Position numbers and translations under genes: made by a program
Part shown: positions 29,851-38,292 of the stretch, one piece after another
Layout: the number at the start of each line of letters is the position of its first letter
Numbering within the stretch: position 1 is the stretch's first letter
Assembly (NCBI GenBank): GCA_963825055.1
Contig: CAWGSK010000012.1
Span: 256,001 to 320,000, forward strand
Source: an uncultured Gemmatimonadales bacterium
GTDB lineage: Bacteria > Gemmatimonadota > Gemmatimonadetes > Gemmatimonadales > GWC2-71-9
DNA: 64,000 nt
Reading direction: 5' to 3'
The notes under the pieces: generated by a model
Databases searched by the model: none
Told to the model about the DNA's origin: nothing
The model's input: only the letters and a program-made list of their open reading frames with translations

Positions 29851-29886
29851 GAGCTGCCGGATAACGTAACCCTTTAACAGAAAGGC

Positions 29887-29961
29887 GTAAACGGTGAACG
29901 GTAAACAGTGAACGGGGTGGCTGAGGCGGGGACGCTTCACCGTTGACTGTTCACCGTTCAC
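29887..29961. repeat. Inverted heptamer arrays, family E (GTRAACR x4 / YGTTCAC x4)
   Basis: gtaaacg gtgaacg gtaaaca gtgaacg ... cttcac cgttgac tgttcac cgttcac; last unit contains the ispE stop. Confidence 0.9.
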
Positions 29962-30815
29962 GCGGTCTGGACCGGGATTGTCCGTCCAAGTTTCGGGCTC
30001 AGCATCATCTTCGCGTCGTCACGTTCGCGGGCCGTGCGATACACCGCAAACAGGGTCGAGCCCGAGCCGGTCATCCGGCACAGCACGGGGTGGGTGTTGA
30101 CCAGCGCCTCGTAGCCCGCCCGGATCGCGGGGTGGTGGCTCCACACCACCGATTCGAACTCGTTTCCCGCCAACCGTCCGATGCTGCCCCAGCTGGACAG
30201 GGCCTCGAGGTCCAGCGCCACGGCCCCGCGCGAGGTGCCCGCCGAACGGGCCTGGTCCACCCAGAGATACGCGTCAGGGGTCCCGACGCGAACCGGCGGC
30301 ACGAGCAGCAGGGCAGGCGCCTTCGGCAGGGGTGGGAGGCGGAACATCCGCTCACCCCGGCCCCAGGACAGCGCCAGAGACCCGCCGCCGACGAAGAACG
30401 GCACGTCACTGCCGAGCCGGGCGGCAAACTGGAGCAGCTCATGCTGTGGCACTGCATGGCCGGCGATCTGGTTGACCGCCAGGAGCGCACCGGCGGCGTC
30501 CGCCGAGCCCCCGCCGAGGCCGGCCTGGGCGGGGATGCGCTTGGTGAGACGGAGTCGCACACCATGCCGGCGACCGGTGGCGGCCAGGACCATCTCCGCC
30601 GCGCGGACGGCGAGGTTCTCCTCCGGGGGGCCCAGGTCGGTCGCGTCGGTGTCCAGCTCGACTCCGGAGTCCAGCCGCTCGGCCTCCAGGGTATCGGCCA
30701 GGTCAATCAGGCAGAACAGGGTTTCCAGGCCATGGTATCCGTCTTCTTGCCGGGAGAGCACCCGGAGGAAGAGGTTGAGTTTGGCCCGGCACTCCACCCG
30801 CACCGGGTGGCTCAC
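29958..30815 (-). CDS. ispE: 4-diphosphocytidyl-2-C-methyl-D-erythritol kinase
   Basis: AKLNLFL, DGYH.LET, KRIP.QAGLGGGSADAA, LGSDVPFF, MTGSGS; GTG start overlaps upstream stop. Confidence 0.95.
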   Translation of the reverse strand: MSHPVRVECRAKLNLFLRVLSRQEDGYHGLETLFCLIDLADTLEAERLDSGVELDTDATDLGPPEENLAVRAAEMVLAATGRRHGVRLRLTKRIPAQAGLGGGSADAAGALLAVNQIAGHAVPQHELLQFAARLGSDVPFFVGGGSLALSWGRGERMFRLPPLPKAPALLLVPPVRVGTPDAYLWVDQARSAGTSRGAVALDLEALSSWGSIGRLAGNEFESVVWSHHPAIRAGYEALVNTHPVLCRMTGSGSTLFAVYRTARERDDAKMMLSPKLGRTIPVQTA

Positions 30816-31852
30816 GCGGTGGCTTCCTTCTGGAGCGATCGCAGGCCGAGTCCGGTACGGACCAGGGACCAGGCGCCGAGGAGGGTGATGGGGAGGAAGG
30901 TGGTGGCGTGGTAAACGAGCGCGTAGGACACCGCGCGGCCCTCGGTCACGCCGTACAGAACCAGGACGGCGCGGATGGCCAGCTCGAAAGCTCCTACGAA
31001 GCCGGGAGCGGTCGGGACGGTGATCGCCAGGGCGAGAATGCCCTGCATGACCAGCGCACCCGCGAAGTCGACGGGAATCTGGAAGGCGCTGAAGGCGACA
31101 TGGAAGGAAGCGGCGTTCACCAGCCACAGGACGAGTGACCAGGCGATCGCGCCCAGCAGGCGCACCGGGGACTGGAGGGCCGAGAGGCCATGAATGAGAC
31201 CGTCAATGAGTGCCACGATCCGGCCGGCGATGCGCTCGGATGGGACCAGGCGCTTGACCATCCGCTCGGCGAACGCCGGAAACGCAACGACCAGCCCCGC
31301 CACCAGGAGGCAGCCCACGAACACCCCCCCCATGGTGCTGGCGATCCGGGTGAGCCGCACCCCACCGACGGTGGTGCCCGCCGGGAGGTCGGAGAAGAAG
31401 AGCCCCACCGCGAGCAGCGAGACGACCGCGACACCGTCGAAGAGCCGCTCTACTGCCACTGACGAGAGCGCGGAGGTCACCCGGGTGCGGGTGAGCCGGG
31501 CGGCGGTGATGCTCCGGATCACCTCACCGGCGCGGAACGGCAGCACGTTGTTGGCCATGAAGCCGATGGCCACCGCGTGCCAGAGCGAGCCGGCCGGCAG
31601 GCTCTGGCCGTCCTCGCCGTGCAGGAGAATCCGCCAGCGTACGAGCCGGATCCCGAATGTGGACGTTGCGATGACGACTGCGGCGAGAATGGGCAGCAGC
31701 CGTGCCTCGCGCAACTCGCGGAGGACCTCGCCCAGGTGGATGTCTCCCAGCGCCAGATAGAGGAAGACCCCCGAGGCCAGTACGGCCAGGACCAGTCGCC
31801 AGGCCTGTGCTCTCGGTGCGCCCGGGGGCGTTGGGGTGGGAGTGGCGGTCAC
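30812..31852 (-). CDS. Lysylphosphatidylglycerol synthase TM domain (flippase-like) protein
   Basis: R..RWR.LL, IGFMANNVLPFRAGE..R, VERLFD, P.APG.VG.FE. Confidence 0.85.
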   Translation of the reverse strand: MTATPTPTPPGAPRAQAWRLVLAVLASGVFLYLALGDIHLGEVLRELREARLLPILAAVVIATSTFGIRLVRWRILLHGEDGQSLPAGSLWHAVAIGFMANNVLPFRAGEVIRSITAARLTRTRVTSALSSVAVERLFDGVAVVSLLAVGLFFSDLPAGTTVGGVRLTRIASTMGGVFVGCLLVAGLVVAFPAFAERMVKRLVPSERIAGRIVALIDGLIHGLSALQSPVRLLGAIAWSLVLWLVNAASFHVAFSAFQIPVDFAGALVMQGILALAITVPTAPGFVGAFELAIRAVLVLYGVTEGRAVSYALVYHATTFLPITLLGAWSLVRTGLGLRSLQKEATA

Positions 31853-33564
31853 ACGCCGCCGGAAGACTCGTGCTGGGCCAGCGCCACGAGGTCGTGCAGT
31901 TCTGCCACGAGGGGGCGCACCCGCCTGGGATCGTCAGTTTCCCCGAACAGCCGGGCGAGGTCGCGGCTGACTTCGCGAGCCCGTCGAATGGCTCCATCGC
32001 CGCTATAGCAGAGGTCGTCGATGTCGATGACCCCCATGGCGTCGGGCGCGGGCCGCGGAACAGGGGGCGCCGTGGCGCCGAGCAGTGCCTCGAGGGAGGC
32101 CTCCCCGACGGGGCGCATGCGCCGGAGCCGGTCGCGGGTGAGAAAGCTCCCGGCGATGCCCCCAGCCTCGACCTCCGGTGCCTCGTACTCCAGCGCTTCA
32201 ATCGGAACGACCTCGCGGTCGTCATCGACCTCCCGACTTCCCAGTTCCTCCGCTCGCAGCTCGATCGCCTCGATCGGCACGATCTCCCGCTCGGCCTGGT
32301 CGGGGGGGCCTTGCAGGTCAATGGCACCGATCCGTTCCAGCAGCCGCTCGAAGACCGTCTGGTCCGCCGGCGTACCAGCCAGGGCGCTGTCCCGGAGCGC
32401 GGTTCCCGCGTCGCGAAGGACGCCCGCCAGGACCGTGACCTCTTCGCCCGTGGTGGTGGTGATGTGCTCGCGCGTCCGCCCGGCGAAGTCCCGCAGTACC
32501 TCCGGTACCAGGGTGCCCGCCGCGTGTGCCAGGGCGCCCAGAGTGGTGACCGTGGTATAGAGCCGGAGCTGGCGCACGGTGCTGGTGGGTGCGTGTTCGA
32601 GATCCGCGGCGGCGCGGGTGAGGTGCTCGCCCATGCCGACCAGTTCCACCGTCCCGAGCTGGGCCTGCGGACTCTGCTGGGGCGGCACGCCGGCCTGGAC
32701 GACCCCTTCATCCCCCGCGGGGAAGAGCGACTCGATGGCCACGACGTCCCGCTCGCCGGCGAAGACCTGCAGCAGGAGTGTCGCAAACCGCTCGGGCTCC
32801 TCGGCGTCGGGTGTGGGACGGCCGTAGCGGGCCACATCCTGCGCCCCTCGTGATAGTGCCTGCGCGGCGGCGTCGAACACCTCCGCGCCAGCGGGCGGCG
32901 GGGCGTACATGCGGGTCATCTCGCCGACGGCCTGTTCGATGGCCTCGAGCAGCTCGGGGAGGGGGGACAATTCGCTCATCGCCGCGAGGCCGCGCAGCGA
33001 CTGGAGGCGGCGCAGGACGGCGTAGAGCGGATCGCGCGCCCCCGGCGTTGTGCGGAGTGCCCGGGCGGCGCGGTCCAGGGCGGCGGCAGCCAGGGCACCT
33101 TCCCGCGCCACGAAGGCACGCACCCCGGCATCGCTGCTGGAAAGCGTCGCACCGGCGCCACCGGGTGGTGTGGTCCGCGGTCCTGCCGGCGACGGTATGC
33201 CGGCTCGCCCCTCCAGTGCCCGCGCCAGGCGGTCGGCCCGGGCGGTCTCCTCGTCGCCCCATGACCCGGCGCGCCGGACCAGCTGCCGGAGCTCGTCCAC
33301 GGCGTGTTCCAGCGTTCCGCGGAGGTCGTCGTCCCAGTCGCTGCGGCCCTCCCTGTACCCCTTGGCCAGCGCCTCGAGCCCGCTCGCGGCGCGCGCCACA
33401 TGCGGCTGGTTGGCCATCAGCGCGCTGCCACGCAGCGCGCGGCAGAAGCGGACGAGGTCTTCCGGGGGCGGGGCCTCCTCGGAGGTCACCAGCGCGTGGA
33501 GCCGGTCGAGATAGTCGCCGGCCTCCATCGCGAAATATTCTGCCATTCCGATCGGGCTCGTCAT
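31849..33564 (-). CDS. Hypothetical helical protein with degenerate Hpt-like repeats
   Basis: EYF..EA..YL..L...LVRFCRALRGSALMA...A..LE resembles Hpt F..AH.LKGSA; second copy LRRLQSLRGLAAM. Confidence 0.6.
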   Translation of the reverse strand: MTSPIGMAEYFAMEAGDYLDRLHALVTSEEAPPPEDLVRFCRALRGSALMANQPHVARAASGLEALAKGYREGRSDWDDDLRGTLEHAVDELRQLVRRAGSWGDEETARADRLARALEGRAGIPSPAGPRTTPPGGAGATLSSSDAGVRAFVAREGALAAAALDRAARALRTTPGARDPLYAVLRRLQSLRGLAAMSELSPLPELLEAIEQAVGEMTRMYAPPPAGAEVFDAAAQALSRGAQDVARYGRPTPDAEEPERFATLLLQVFAGERDVVAIESLFPAGDEGVVQAGVPPQQSPQAQLGTVELVGMGEHLTRAAADLEHAPTSTVRQLRLYTTVTTLGALAHAAGTLVPEVLRDFAGRTREHITTTTGEEVTVLAGVLRDAGTALRDSALAGTPADQTVFERLLERIGAIDLQGPPDQAEREIVPIEAIELRAEELGSREVDDDREVVPIEALEYEAPEVEAGGIAGSFLTRDRLRRMRPVGEASLEALLGATAPPVPRPAPDAMGVIDIDDLCYSGDGAIRRAREVSRDLARLFGETDDPRRVRPLVAELHDLVALAQHESSGGV

Positions 33565-33648
33565 GCATGCCTCGGCGGTGCCGGGTCGGCGCTGGTGGGA
33601 GAGGGCCGGTGGAAGGTTAACGCCACGGTGCGCACGGGTAAACGGAGG

Positions 33649-34365
33649 TCAGCGGTTCATCGCCGCGCGGATCGCTCGCACGGCCTGCTCCATGCCGACC
33701 ATGATCGCGTGGCTCACCACGCTGTGCCCGATGTTGAGTTCCTCGACGCCCGGGATGGCGGCGACGGGTGCGACGTTGGCCCGGGTCAGTCCGTGTCCCG
33801 CATGCACGGCAAGGCCGAGTGCGCGCGCCTGGTCGGTGGCGTGGTGGAGCTCGTCCAGCGCGCGGTCGTCCTGGCGCCAGGTGTGGGCATACCGCCCGGT
33901 GTGCAACTCGATTGCGGGGACGCCCAGGGCGGCAGCGGCGTCCACCGTGTCGCGGTCGGGGTCGATGAAGAGGCTGACCCGGCAGCCGGCCTCCCCGAGC
34001 CGCATGATCGTATCCCGCAGCTGGTAGGCCCCGGTGCGGAGGTTGAGCCCGCCCTCGGTGGTGACCTCCTCGCGTCGTTCCGGGACGATGGTCGCCTGGT
34101 AGGGGGCGAGCCGGCACGCGAGGGCGACGATGTCCGGGCTGGTGGCGAGCTCGAGGTTCAGCACGGTGCGCACCGCGGCCGACATCCGCTCGACATCGTG
34201 GTCCTGGATGTGACGGCGGTCTTCCCGCAGGTGCACCGTGATGCCGTCCGCGCCGGCGTGTTCCGCAAGCGTGGCGGCGGCAACGGGATCGGGCTCGTCG
34301 GCGCGCCGGGCCTGACGGACCGTCGCGACGTGATCGACGTTGATGTAGAGGCGTGGTGGCGTCAT
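33649..34365 (-). CDS. pdxJ: Pyridoxine 5'-phosphate synthase
   Basis: NVDHVATVRQAR, GITVHLREDRRHI, VPERREEVTTEGGL, VSLFIDP, ELHTG, HAGHGL, ELNIGH. Confidence 0.97.
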   Translation of the reverse strand: MTPPRLYINVDHVATVRQARRADEPDPVAAATLAEHAGADGITVHLREDRRHIQDHDVERMSAAVRTVLNLELATSPDIVALACRLAPYQATIVPERREEVTTEGGLNLRTGAYQLRDTIMRLGEAGCRVSLFIDPDRDTVDAAAALGVPAIELHTGRYAHTWRQDDRALDELHHATDQARALGLAVHAGHGLTRANVAPVAAIPGVEELNIGHSVVSHAIMVGMEQAVRAIRAAMNR

Positions 34366-34426
34366 TGCTCGCTGTTCCGGGGGCCGTTAAGTTCGAACAC
34401 CATTTCTTCCGTAAGCGGGGTACCCG

Positions 34427-34867
34427 ATGCGCCGACTGACAAGCTTGTCCCTGATGGCCCTGGCCGTGGCGGCGTGTGGTGGTCGCCAGCCGTCGGGTAC
34501 CGGTCCCGCGAGCGCGGAATCCGCGTTGCACGGGTTCCTCCAGGCCGCGGCGGACAGCAACGTAACCGGGATGGCGGACCTGTGGGGCACCGCACGGGGC
34601 TCCGCCGGACAGACCGGCGCACCGGCGGATTACAACCGGCGAATCGCCATCATGCAGGCCTACCTGAAGAACACGCAGCACCAGGTCCTGACGAATGACC
34701 CGGTGAGCGGCCACGACAACCAGCGGGTGCTGCAGGTGCGGCTGGAGCGCGCCGGCTGTGCGCGCACGGTGCCGTTCACGATGATCTGGACCGGCAGTGC
34801 GTGGCTGGTCTACAGTTTCGACCTGAAGGACATCGGCAACCCCGAGATGCCCTGCGGCTCGTCCTGA
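34427..34867 (+). CDS. Hypothetical lipoprotein
   Basis: MRR..hydrophobic..VAAC lipobox; NTF2-like pattern (FL.AA...M..LW ... W.V..FD). Confidence 0.7.
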   Translation: MRRLTSLSLMALAVAACGGRQPSGTGPASAESALHGFLQAAADSNVTGMADLWGTARGSAGQTGAPADYNRRIAIMQAYLKNTQHQVLTNDPVSGHDNQRVLQVRLERAGCARTVPFTMIWTGSAWLVYSFDLKDIGNPEMPCGSS

Positions 34868-34876
34868 TCGGGAACC

Positions 34877-35293
34877 TCACGCGGTCGCCGGCGGTTCCTG
34901 GTCCGTGAGTTCGAGCAGGATGCCGGCCGTCGAGCGCGGGTGCAGGAAGGCCACGCGACGGCCACCCGCCCCGGGACGGGGCGCCTGGTCCACAAGCTCA
35001 TACCCGGCCTCGCGGCATGCCCGCAGGGCGGCATCGAGGTCCGGGACGCGATAACAGATGTGGTGAATGCCCGGGCCGCGCTTCGCGAGGAACTTCGCAA
35101 TGGGGGTCCCCGGCTCACTCGACGCGAGCAGCTCGACTTCGCTGTCGCCGAACGGGAGGGAAACGATCGTGGCGCCGTCGGCGGTTTCCGGCGGATGGGG
35201 CGTCAGCCCGAGCACGTCGCGATAGAAAGCGAGGGCGGCGTCCAGGTCGGACACGGCCACGCCGATGTGGGCGATACGGGGTGTGTCGGCCAC
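34877..35293 (-). CDS. mce: Methylmalonyl-CoA epimerase
   Basis: IAHIGVAV.DL..A, VELL, IAKFL.KRGPGIHHICY.V, PRPGA.G..VAFLHP.ST.GILLEL; GAGGGAG RBS before GTG. Confidence 0.9.
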   Translation of the reverse strand: MADTPRIAHIGVAVSDLDAALAFYRDVLGLTPHPPETADGATIVSLPFGDSEVELLASSEPGTPIAKFLAKRGPGIHHICYRVPDLDAALRACREAGYELVDQAPRPGAGGRRVAFLHPRSTAGILLELTDQEPPATA

Positions 35294-35400
35294 GACGATC
35301 TCCCTCGAATGGACGGGGCGCCCGAGGGTGGGCGCCACCGGCCGCATGATGACTTGACGCGGGCGCTCCAGGGCCCGCCATACATACGAAAGGGAAGCTA

Positions 35401-35739
35401 ATGGCAACGGCAGATTCCAAGACAATTCAGGCGACCGACCAGTCCTTCGTCTCCGAGGTGGAGAAGGCGGACGGTCTCGTGCTGGTAGACTTCTGGGCCA
35501 CATGGTGCGGGCCCTGCCAGATCGTGGCCCCCACGCTCGAGCAGTTGAGCCGGGAATACGCGGGCAAGGCCAAGGTGGTGAAGGTAGACGTGGACGCCAA
35601 CCAGGGGACGGCCATGAAGTACAACATCCGCTCCATCCCGAGCATCCTGTTCTTCAAGGGTGGCAAGGTGGTGGACACCGTCGTCGGCGCCGTTCCGCGG
35701 GCGGTGATCGAGGGCAAGATCCAGCAGCACCTCGCCTAG
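35401..35739 (+). CDS. trxA: Thioredoxin
   Basis: LVDFWATWCGPC, KVDVD, IRSIP..LFFKGG. Confidence 0.96.
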   Translation: MATADSKTIQATDQSFVSEVEKADGLVLVDFWATWCGPCQIVAPTLEQLSREYAGKAKVVKVDVDANQGTAMKYNIRSIPSILFFKGGKVVDTVVGAVPRAVIEGKIQQHLA

Positions 35740-35786
35740 GCACCTCGCCGGGGCCGCCCCCGCGGCGGCCCCGGCAGGGAGCATCC

Positions 35787-36791
35787 ATGCGCGCCAGCAG
35801 TGCCCGTCTCCTCCATTCGACCGTCCGCCTGACCGAGCTCGCCTTTCCAGATACGGGCGTCATGGTCTCGCGGACCCGGCTGCCCTTCGTCCATCTCGAC
35901 AATCTCATTTCGTTCGCCAAGGCCGACCGCGACGGCCGCGTGGACGCATGGTTTGCCGGGTACCTCCCGGATGAGGTCGTCCTGCTCTTCTTCCGGGCGG
36001 GTGAACTCGTCAATGCGGGTGCCATCCGTCCGGAAATCCGATGTGTGCTGCCGGTGGATGCCGCACTGGACCGCCTGCGGAGCGAGCCCGAACGCGGCGA
36101 AGGGGTGTACGCGCGTGCGCCGGCAAGGCAGCTGGACTGGATGTGGGCCTCCTGTGCCGCGCCTGCGCAGCTCCGGTTCGTGAACGAGCGGGACCCCGAG
36201 CGGCTCTTTCCGGTTCTGACCGGCGAGAACTTCAGCGGCGTCGTCGAACTGATCAGCGCTGGCCGGGTGAACTACCTGGAGTTCGTCTCCGGCCGGTATG
36301 CCAGCGGGTATTTCAGCGGGCGGGCCGAGGGCCGGCCGGTGGTCGAGCACGTCGAGTCGCTGTTCCGGGTCAGCGAACCGGGCCCGGCTCCCGACATCGC
36401 CGCCAGCACGTTCGCCCCCTCCGGACCGATGCCCACCCAGGCGACTGCGGCCCAGCGGCAGGGATATCAGGCACTGTATCGCCGGTTCGCCGACGCGGTG
36501 AGGCGGGAATGGCCCGAAGACGGGCCGCGTCACGTGGCCCGGGCCGCCGCGCGGGTGCAGGAGGACTTCCCCGCCTTTGCCACCCTCGCCGGCACCACCG
36601 GCGCGCCGGCGGCGACGGTCGATGAACTGAACGAGGGCTTCGCGGTATGGGCCCGGATGGTCCTCGAGGATCTCGAAGTGGTGATGCCCGGCGCGGCCGT
36701 GCGGCTGCTCCGGGAGGAGACCCGCGAACAGCGCTACGTGCTTCAGGCGGCCGGTTTCTATGGACGGCTGCCCTGGTCGGTGGAGTGGTAG
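35787..36791 (+). CDS. Hypothetical protein (possible tandem DUF4388/PATAN-like domains)
   Basis: AGGGAG RBS + ATG 35787; VLLFFRAGELVNA and FSGVVEL....NYLEFVSG segments; coupled to rsmI. Confidence 0.6.
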   Translation: MRASSARLLHSTVRLTELAFPDTGVMVSRTRLPFVHLDNLISFAKADRDGRVDAWFAGYLPDEVVLLFFRAGELVNAGAIRPEIRCVLPVDAALDRLRSEPERGEGVYARAPARQLDWMWASCAAPAQLRFVNERDPERLFPVLTGENFSGVVELISAGRVNYLEFVSGRYASGYFSGRAEGRPVVEHVESLFRVSEPGPAPDIAASTFAPSGPMPTQATAAQRQGYQALYRRFADAVRREWPEDGPRHVARAAARVQEDFPAFATLAGTTGAPAATVDELNEGFAVWARMVLEDLEVVMPGAAVRLLREETREQRYVLQAAGFYGRLPWSVEW

Positions 36792-37624
36792 CGGAACCCG
36801 GCACGCTCTACGTGGTGGCGACGCCGCTCGGCAACCTCGGGGACATCACGCTCCGTGCCCGTGACACCCTGCGGACGGTGGAGGTTGTGGCCGCCGAGGA
36901 CACGCGCCGCACCAGGCAGCTGCTGCACCATCTCGACGCCCACCCCCGCCTCATGAGCCTCCATGCCCATTCGCCCGCCTCCCGGCTCGAGGCGGTCCTC
37001 GCGCATCTGCGTGAGGGGCGCAGCGTGGCGCTGGTCTCGGACGCGGGCACGCCGGTGGTGAGCGACCCGGGGGCGCGACTCGTTGCCGAGGCCCGCGCGG
37101 CCGCCCTGCCGGTAGTGCCGGTTCCGGGCGTCTCCGCCGTGACGGCCGCGCTCAGCGTGTCAGGAATGGAGGCGGACCGGTACGTCTTTGTCGGCTTCCC
37201 CCCCCGCAAGGGAGTCGAGCGCGACGAAACCCTGGCGCGCGCGGCGCGCGAGCCCACCACAGTCGTCTTCTTCGAAGCCGCCAACCGCCTCCTGCGGCTC
37301 CTCGCCGATCTCGAGGCCCGCACCGGGCCGGACAGGCGGGTGATGGTCGGCCGGGAACTGACTAAACTCCATGAGGAGCTCCGGGCCGGGCCGATTGCGG
37401 AGGTGCGCCTCCACTTCGAGGCGGTGGAACCGCGTGGCGAAATCACCGTCGTGCTGGAGGGCGCGGTCGAGTCGTCCCCTGCGGACGAAGGGCCCGACAT
37501 CGCCGCGGAGGCGCAGCGGCTCCTCCAGGGCGGCATGCGCCGCTCCGCCGTGGTGCGTGAACTCGTCGCCGCCCACGGCCTTCCGCGGAACGAGGTGTAC
37601 CGGATCGTGCAGGAACTGCCATGA
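36785..37624 (+). CDS. rsmI: 16S rRNA (cytidine1402-2'-O)-methyltransferase
   Basis: GTLYVVATPLGNLGDITLRA, AAEDTR, LVSDAGTP.VSDPG, PVPG.SA, RELTKLHEE, RGE.TVV. Confidence 0.95.
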   Translation: MVAEPGTLYVVATPLGNLGDITLRARDTLRTVEVVAAEDTRRTRQLLHHLDAHPRLMSLHAHSPASRLEAVLAHLREGRSVALVSDAGTPVVSDPGARLVAEARAAALPVVPVPGVSAVTAALSVSGMEADRYVFVGFPPRKGVERDETLARAAREPTTVVFFEAANRLLRLLADLEARTGPDRRVMVGRELTKLHEELRAGPIAEVRLHFEAVEPRGEITVVLEGAVESSPADEGPDIAAEAQRLLQGGMRRSAVVRELVAAHGLPRNEVYRIVQELP

Positions 37625-38292
37625 CACGATGTCTGCTGCTCGCGTGCGTTCTCCTCGCGGTGCCGTGCCCGGCGCCTGAGGCGCAGTCCGCTCCCGTCAT
37701 GACGATCGGCCGCCTGCATTACGAAGGCGGCGGCGACTGGTACGCCAATCCCTCGAGCCTGCCGAACCTGCTCCGGGCGATCCGGGAGCGGACCGACCTC
37801 CGGGTCGCGATGACCGAGCGGACGGTGACGCTGTCCAGCGAGGATCTCTGGAGCGTGCCTTACATCTATATGACCGGGCACGGCAACGTCCGCTTCTCCG
37901 ACCAGGACCTGGCGACGCTGCGACGCTACCTGCGGCAGGGTGGGTTTCTCCACGCCGACGACAACTACGGCATGGACCAGTCCATCCGCCGTGAGCTGGG
38001 CCGGCTCTTCCCGGACCATCCACTGGTGGAGGTTCCCCTCGACCATCCGGTCTATCACCTGGTGTACGCGTTCCCCCGCGGCATCCCGAAGATCCACGAG
38101 CATGATGGCGACCCTGCGCAGGGCTTCGGAATCTTCCTCGACGGGCGGCTCGTCGTGTACTACTCGTACGAGTCCGACCTGGGCGACGGCTGGGAGGATC
38201 CCGATGTGCATCATGACCCCCCGGAGAAGCGCGAGGCCGCGCTTCGCATGGGCGTGAATCTGTTCGCGTACGCCGTGGGGTACGGCGGGTGA
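37621..38292 (+). CDS. DUF4159 domain-containing exported protein
   Basis: Signal peptide; RL.Y.GGGDWYANP, PYIYMTGHG, YL..GGFL.ADDNYG, SDLGDGWE, MGVN. Confidence 0.88.
   Translation: MTRCLLLACVLLAVPCPAPEAQSAPVMTIGRLHYEGGGDWYANPSSLPNLLRAIRERTDLRVAMTERTVTLSSEDLWSVPYIYMTGHGNVRFSDQDLATLRRYLRQGGFLHADDNYGMDQSIRRELGRLFPDHPLVEVPLDHPVYHLVYAFPRGIPKIHEHDGDPAQGFGIFLDGRLVVYYSYESDLGDGWEDPDVHHDPPEKREAALRMGVNLFAYAVGYGG

Noticed and set aside
33601..33648. Possible family E unit (GGTAAACGG) downstream of pdxJ
   Set aside because: Single unit, not a tandem array, and its orientation relative to the stop does not fit the pattern.
35748..35775. GC hairpin after trxA as intrinsic terminator
   Set aside because: No U-tract, and such stems arise easily at this GC content.
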